From contig JAXMKY010000161.1 of the NCBI GenBank assembly GCA_034370405.1, positions 28,955-92,954 on the forward strand: a stretch of DNA of 64,000 nt. The letters are read 5' to 3'. Position 1 is the first letter of the stretch; each line of letters opens with the position of its first letter. The notes below the pieces were generated by a model. The model was not told where the DNA came from. It did not search any database and worked only from the letters and a program-made list of their open reading frames with translations. The DNA comes from Bacteroidales bacterium. GTDB lineage: Bacteria > Bacteroidota > Bacteroidia > Bacteroidales > JAAYJT01. The position numbers and the translations under genes are program-made. Below are positions 50,051 to 54,580 of the stretch, in pieces.

Positions 50051-50124
50051 TCCTCCTTAGCTCAGTTGGTTAGAGCATCTGACTGTTAATCAGAGGGTCG
50101 CTGGTTCAAGTCCAGCAGGGGGAG
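50051..50124 (+). tRNA. tRNA-Asn (anticodon GTT)
   Basis: The cloverleaf was read by hand. Acceptor stem is TCCTCCT/AGGGGGA, the D-arm is AGCTCAGTTGGTTAGAGC, the anticodon loop is CTGTTAA and the T-arm is GCTGGTTCAAGTCCAGC. Confidence 0.9.
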
Positions 50125-50132
50125 CAAACAAG

Positions 50133-50157
50133 GGAGGTCTAGATGGCCTCTTTTTTT
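50133..50157 (+). terminator. tRNA terminator hairpin (GAGGTC-taga-tGGCCTC) plus T7
   Basis: Hairpin followed by a T-run. The same module recurs at 50565-50590 and 54476-54503. Confidence 0.7.
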
Positions 50158-50454
50158 ATGTATTACATCTACATCCTAAAATCGGAATCTGCAGGGAGTT
50201 ATTACGTTGGCCACACCGACGACCCTGTCCGGCGTTTGGCTGAGCACAACCATAGCGTACATCTTACTTTTACTTCTAAATATCGTCCCTGGATTATGGT
50301 TGCACTTTTTGAGTGCTCCGAAGATAGAAGAACTGCCCAAAAACTTGAAAACTTCATTAAACACCAGAAAAGTAAATCGTTTCTGGAGAAAATGATCCAT
50401 AGCGAAAAGTTCTCCGGAATATTAGCTCAGTTGGCTAAAGTCCCGAGAGCATAG
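50158..50454 (+). CDS. GIY-YIG nuclease family protein
   Basis: MYYIYILKSESAGSYYVGHTDDPVRRLAEHN is the GIY-YIG signature. The ATG at 50143 lies inside the terminator hairpin, so 50158 is preferred. Confidence 0.8.
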   Translation: MYYIYILKSESAGSYYVGHTDDPVRRLAEHNHSVHLTFTSKYRPWIMVALFECSEDRRTAQKLENFIKHQKSKSFLEKMIHSEKFSGILAQLAKVPRA

Positions 50455-50557
50455 CGATTCGGGGTTAATCAGAGGGTCGTCCCGAGAGCGTAGCGACAAT
50501 GTCCCGAGAATCCCGCACGTGCGAGATGATTCGGGATTCGGGATCCAGCAGGGGGAG
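50413..50557 (+). pseudogene. decayed tRNA-Asn-like copy with hairpin insertions
   Basis: It retains TTAGCTCAGTTGG, TTAATCAGAGGGTCG and TCCAGCAGGGGGAGCA. The anticodon-stem and T-arm segments are replaced by TCCCGAGAGC(A/G)TAGCGA..TTCGGG hairpins, and the 5' acceptor strand is not complementary. Confidence 0.7.
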
Positions 50558-50828
50558 CAAACAAGGGAGGCCTAGATGGCCTCTTTTTTTGGTTCTACCA
50601 CGAATTTACTGGAAATAGCGTATCTAATAGCTGGAAGACGGAAGTCGGAAGACCGAAGTAAATGCGATCGAGAAGTAATTACCATGATGTATAGAATCTA
50701 TTCTGAAAAGAAACTAAAGAAGTTTAATTTACTGACAAAGAACTATATAGATAGAAGAAAGAAGGTTATGTTGGGAATCTCCCGACTTCCGACTTCGGAC
50801 TTATAGCTGCATTAGAGTCTCACTCAAA

Positions 50829-50969
50829 TTATGGTAGAGCCTTTTTATTAAAGTAATAGATGTTTTCTTTTATCCAATGAATATAAGATTCTTCTGTTCT
50901 GTGGCTGTAATGACGTAATTCTATTTGGTCGTGAACCAGCTCTAACAATTTTTTTGGCTGTTGTATCAT
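50829..50969 (-). pseudogene. intI: integron-type tyrosine recombinase, N-terminal 46-codon remnant
   Basis: MIQQPKKLLELVHDQIELRHYSHRTEESYIHWIKENIYYFNKKALP-stop matches the N-terminal SAM-like domain pattern of IntI (L..VR..IR..HYS.RTE.AYV.W...FI.FH, recalled from memory). No catalytic domain follows. Confidence 0.6.
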
Positions 50970-51082
50970 TGTTTCATTTTTTTACTTAATTTAGCTGTAT
51001 AAATTTACAGAAAAATATGTTTGACAGTGTTTGCATAGCATATTTTTTATATAATAATTTGGAAATCAATTATTAAACAAAA

Positions 51083-51131
51083 GCCTAACGAGTGATAGAC
51101 TGCAAAATTGCAGTCTATTTAGTAGTTAGAC
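51083..51131 (+). other. attC-like site 0 (GCCTAAC ... GTTAGAC)
   Basis: The arms gcctaacgagtgatagactgc / gcagtctatttagtagttagac pair imperfectly. It lies between the intI remnant and the first cassette ORF. Confidence 0.6.
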
Positions 51132-51155
51132 TCATGGAATAGAAGGAGGTATTAC

Positions 51156-52760
51156 ATGGGATCACTCTACTTGAACCGACTTTCGGGAGGGGAGCGAGAG
51201 TCACTGATCGAGAAACTCCACCAGTCACAGAAAGGTTTCTGCTTCATCTGTGAGGAAGCAATAGACCTTATCTTGCACAAAGACGCCATTGACATTGACC
51301 ATGTCGTTCCAATAACAGTTGGGGGAAAAGACGATCCTGTCAACTTTGCCCTGGCTCACTCCAGTTGTAATCGGTCTAAGCAGGCTTCAAATCTCGAAGT
51401 GTCCAGGATCCTACGCCGGTTTGGCAAGTTAAAGGAGAAGACCGGACTGGAGAATCGCAACCCGAACCTAGATGATGTGCTATGCCTTTATGGTGGATCC
51501 AAGTATGAGATGTCTTTGAGCGTGGAGGACGAATTAATAAAGGTGTCTCTATCCGAAATGGGTCGAAATGCAGTCTTTACTTCCTCCCTGTATGCAGATG
51601 ATCTCAGCGGATTCACATACTTTTTTGCAAAGCTCCCGATTGAATACTTACATCACGACGAGAAGATAAATCCCCGATCCATCGGTCAGAATATCTCCAA
51701 GTTGATCGAAGAGTTTTACCAGAAGCGCCCGCAGCTTCATGTATCACTTGGTTGGATAACCCTGCCAGATAACGGTAAGTGTCGAGTACGCATTTTTGAT
51801 GGACAACACAAGGCGGCTGCTCAAGTGCTTCTTGGTGTCAAAGAATTGCCTGTCAGAATTTTCGTGAACCCAGATGCGGATACCCTCCTTACAACGAATA
51901 CAAATGCCGGAACCACCCTGCGGCAAGTGGCTTTCGACAAGTCTGTTCAGCGACGTCTTGGTAGTGCTTTATATGGCGACAGAGTTGACCGTTACAAGGG
52001 AGAATTGGGACTGTCGGAAGACGATTTCAGTTTCTCTGAACGAGACCTGGTCAAGTTCTTCAAGGGCGAGTCCCGTGAGATGAAGAAGTACATCCTTGAT
52101 GATGTGAGGAATAGCATAACTCACAATCCGGAAAACAAGCTAAAGGATTACATTGATTTTGGAGGAAGAGGGAAAGAGAAACCCTTGTCCTATTCATCAA
52201 TCGAGAAAACCTTTTACTCGTTCTTCATATACCAAGAGGTGCTTGATACGTCCATAAATTACCAACTTGAAAGTGGTGAAAATCCGCGGGAGCTTGAGAA
52301 ACAGCAAATTTTGGAACTCATAAACGTAATTGCTGAAGAAATCTATATGGGAAAATTCGACAGCGACATAGGAACATACAGAATTGAGAACCGCCTACAG
52401 GCGGGAGAATCATTGCCACTGGATCATGTCCGAGCATTTCGCATGAGCAAAGAAGAGATTCTGTGGAACTGGCTGAAGTATATATCGCAGATTATCCGCA
52501 ACTATTTCATCATGCAGGGTATCCCGATAGATGAAAACAAGTTGTTTCAGTACAAATTTCCTCTGCCACTGTGGGAGCGACTACGCATGTTCGTTCGCAA
52601 TTTCCGCAATCTTCCCCTGTGGTCAAACATTGCTCTTTCCTCTACTGTTTTTGGTGGAAAGCAAAACTATGATTTTTGGCAGTATGTCTTTGAGAAGGGC
52701 AAGACACAACAGGGACAACAGGTTTTGCCAGAGCCGATCAACTTGATGAAGATGATTTGA
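51156..52760 (+). CDS. HNH endonuclease fused to a DGQHR/DndB-like (ParB-fold) domain, cassette 1
   Basis: The N-terminus [10 protein letters not shown]...[30 protein letters not shown] is an HNH motif. The mid-region [13 protein letters not shown] is a DGQHR-type motif. A strong SD AAGGAGGT lies 5 nt upstream. Confidence 0.7.
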   Translation: MGSLYLNRLSGGERESLIEKLHQSQKGFCFICEEAIDLILHKDAIDIDHVVPITVGGKDDPVNFALAHSSCNRSKQASNLEVSRILRRFGKLKEKTGLENRNPNLDDVLCLYGGSKYEMSLSVEDELIKVSLSEMGRNAVFTSSLYADDLSGFTYFFAKLPIEYLHHDEKINPRSIGQNISKLIEEFYQKRPQLHVSLGWITLPDNGKCRVRIFDGQHKAAAQVLLGVKELPVRIFVNPDADTLLTTNTNAGTTLRQVAFDKSVQRRLGSALYGDRVDRYKGELGLSEDDFSFSERDLVKFFKGESREMKKYILDDVRNSITHNPENKLKDYIDFGGRGKEKPLSYSSIEKTFYSFFIYQEVLDTSINYQLESGENPRELEKQQILELINVIAEEIYMGKFDSDIGTYRIENRLQAGESLPLDHVRAFRMSKEEILWNWLKYISQIIRNYFIMQGIPIDENKLFQYKFPLPLWERLRMFVRNFRNLPLWSNIALSSTVFGGKQNYDFWQYVFEKGKTQQGQQVLPEPINLMKMI

Positions 52761-52800
52761 GCCCAAGAAGAAATGAAAAAGATGGCGGTGTGGAGCCTTT

Positions 52801-52861
52801 GTCTAACCAGTCGCTACAGCCGACCTCGCTATCGCTCGGCGGCTTAGCTCAATCGTTAGGC
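52801..52861 (+). other. attC-like site 1 (GTCTAAC ... GTTAGGC)
   Basis: 61 bp. The ends match RYYYAAC and GTTRRRY, and the internal arms pair with bulged bases. Confidence 0.7.
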
Positions 52862-52899
52862 TACATGAATTAGTAACAATATTTATAGGAGAAGGAACT

Positions 52900-53091
52900 A
52901 TGGGGACAAAAATGACTATGATTTACTGGAAAGGTGAGAAATTTTGGCTTGGGAAGCTTCTTGAGCATCCAGAAATCATGACACAGGGGAAAACTCTTGA
53001 GGAATTGGAGGAAAATATTAAGGATGCATATCTCTTGATGGCTATGGATGAGGTTCCAGAAGAACATCAAGTGAAAGAAATTGCTATATGA
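52900..53091 (+). CDS. hicB: HicB-family antitoxin, cassette 2
   Basis: 63 aa; YWKGEKFWLGKLLEHPEIMTQGKTLEELEENIKDA is HicB/UPF0150-like. Confidence 0.7.
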   Translation: MGTKMTMIYWKGEKFWLGKLLEHPEIMTQGKTLEELEENIKDAYLLMAMDEVPEEHQVKEIAI

Positions 53092-53267
53092 AGCGGAAAG
53101 AATTTGTCCGTCAACTCGTAAAAGATGGCTGTGTTTTTTTGAGACCAGGAGCTAATCACGACCTTTACATGAATCCTGTTACTGGCAAGAAACAACCTGT
53201 TCCAAGGCACACAGAGATTGATAACAGTTTAGCAAAACATATCAGAAAATATTTGGGGTTGAAGTAG
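53088..53267 (+). CDS. hicA: HicA-family mRNA interferase toxin (59 aa, below the ORF-track cutoff)
   Basis: My own translation is MKRKEFVRQLVKDGCVFLRPGANHDLYMNPVTGKKQPVPRHTEIDNSLAKHIRKYLGLK. The start overlaps the hicB stop (ATATGA). Confidence 0.75.
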   Translation: MKRKEFVRQLVKDGCVFLRPGANHDLYMNPVTGKKQPVPRHTEIDNSLAKHIRKYLGLK

Positions 53268-53336
53268 CCTTCTTCTAAGTAAGGGAAATTGCAGGAATTG
53301 TTGGGTCAAACCTAGAATATACATTTTACAAACAAA

Positions 53337-53395
53337 GCCTAACCATTCATTCGGGCCGACCGCTTTACAGCGGCGGCTGAATTCAGTCGTTAGGC
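53337..53395 (+). other. attC-like site 2 (GCCTAAC ... GTTAGGC)
   Basis: 59 bp. It shares the internal GCCGACC / CGGCGGC arms with site 1. Confidence 0.7.
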
Positions 53396-53436
53396 GCAGT
53401 TTTCACACGAACCATTCAAGAGAAAGGAGATTTAGC

Positions 53437-54003
53437 ATGAACCGCAAAACACTGTTCGCACTCATCGTTGTCCCGCTACTCGTCGGGCTACTCCTGTACG
53501 CATTCTGTGGCCTCGGGCACCTTCTCGGGAGTGCATTGGGGATCCCTGCCAGGCTTGGTCTGCCGCTGGCGTTCCGGTTCACAGGCCTCCTTGCGCTGGC
53601 TGTCGGGTTCGGCATACTTGCCTGGCTCTTTAAGCATCGCAGTCCATTCGATGTCATCGTCTCGACTTACATCACGCTGACCAAGAGCCTGACCAAGGTG
53701 GGTCTCGACGAGCACGCAGTCAGATCAGAGCATCTCGTCATCACCGGTCCGCATCGCTTCGTCCGGCACCCCCTTTACTCGGCGGTAATCATTCTCGTCG
53801 CAGGTTGGTGGCTTGTCTTGGACTACACCTTCCTGCTCTTCTGCGTCGGTTTTCTCACTGTGTGGTTCAACCTCGTCGTCGCACCGTTCGAGGAGCGAGA
53901 ACTGCGAGCTCTCTTCGGCGCCCAGTATGAGGCCTACGCACGGGCAACCCCACGCTTCCTTCCTTCGATCCGACGGCGTGGGAATGCGATTACCGACAAA
54001 TGA
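53437..54003 (+). CDS. isoprenylcysteine carboxyl methyltransferase (ICMT/PEMT) family membrane protein, cassette 3
   Basis: VITGPHRFVRHPLYSAVIIL...FEERELRALFGAQYEAYARATPRF. GC-rich relative to its surroundings. Confidence 0.75.
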   Translation: MNRKTLFALIVVPLLVGLLLYAFCGLGHLLGSALGIPARLGLPLAFRFTGLLALAVGFGILAWLFKHRSPFDVIVSTYITLTKSLTKVGLDEHAVRSEHLVITGPHRFVRHPLYSAVIILVAGWWLVLDYTFLLFCVGFLTVWFNLVVAPFEERELRALFGAQYEAYARATPRFLPSIRRRGNAITDK

Positions 54004-54054
54004 TGAGTTCTACGGATCTCCCCCAAGACGACGCACTCGCACCGCCCCTGCAAT

Positions 54055-54180
54055 ACCTAACAACTCGCTGCAGACCCGGCTGGCGTGCGGAAACGCAGGC
54101 GTGCCTTGCCCGCCGGAATGCGCGAGAATGGGTGGGCCGTTGCTTGAGCCGCCGGGCAGCTGAGCTCGGGGCCGTTAATA
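54055..54180 (+). other. attC-like site 3 (ACCTAAC ... GTTAATA), long and GC-rich
   Basis: 126 bp. The arms acctaacaactcgctgcagacccggc / gccgggcagctgagctcggggccgttaat pair imperfectly. It is the last site before the GIY-YIG fragment. Confidence 0.5.
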
Positions 54181-54221
54181 CTGAAATTATTACTGTCTTT
54201 TATTCATGGCAATTGGGCATA

Positions 54222-54395
54222 ACTTCTAAATCTCGCCCCTGGATAATGGTTGCACTTTTTGAATGTTCCGAAGATAGAGGAACTGCCCAAAAACTTGAAA
54301 ACTTCATTAAACACCAGAAAAGTAAATCGTTTCTGGAGAAGATGATCAATAGCGAAAAGTTCTCCGGAATATTAGCTCAATCGGTTATCCCGTAA
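54222..54395 (+). pseudogene. GIY-YIG nuclease, 3' fragment (second copy, 5' half missing)
   Basis: TSKSRPWIMVALFECSEDRGTAQKLENFIKHQKSKSFLEKMINSEKFSGILAQ is near-identical to residues of the 50158 gene. There is no GIY-YIG motif region upstream. Confidence 0.8.
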
Positions 54396-54469
54396 GTGCG
54401 AGACGAAGTCTCGGGATTAACCAGAGGGTCGTCCCGAGAGCGTAGCGATTCGGGATGCAGCAGGGGAAG
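54363..54469 (+). pseudogene. second decayed tRNA-Asn-like copy
   Basis: TTAGCTCAATCGG, an ATCCCG...CGGGAT hairpin, TTAACCAGAGGGTCG, a TCCCGAGAGCGTAGCGATTCGGGA hairpin, then GCAGCAGGGGAAGCA and the terminator module. Confidence 0.65.
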
Positions 54470-54580
54470 CAATCAAGGGAGGTTTAGATGGCCTCCTTTT
54501 TTTATGTGCTATATTTGTGTTCTTCTTTCCCCAATTATCATTACAATAAACTTAACTTTGTTTTTTCTGAAACAAGGTCT

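Larger units (their letters stand above)
50591..54221 (+). mobile_element. insertion carrying an integron-like cassette array, bracketed by GIY-YIG/tRNA-like direct repeats
   Basis: 50272-50590 and 54222-54503 are direct repeats with only scattered mismatches by eye. The interior holds the intI remnant, four attC-like sites and three cassettes. Confidence 0.6.

Noticed and set aside
50576-50806. 76-aa ORF starting MASFF after the second tRNA-like copy (and similar MASFF starts at 50143 and 54488)
   Set aside because: The ATG is part of the repeated terminator hairpin (AGATGGCCTC-Tn). The body of the ORF runs across the GGAAGTCGGAAG inverted repeats, and no recognisable protein features are present.
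54000-54395. 131-aa ORF spanning the end of cassette 3, attC site 3 and the GIY-YIG fragment
   Set aside because: It is a chimeric reading frame. Only its last 57 codons (from 54222) are homologous to the GIY-YIG protein. The upstream part reads through the GC-rich attC-like palindrome and overlaps the methyltransferase stop.
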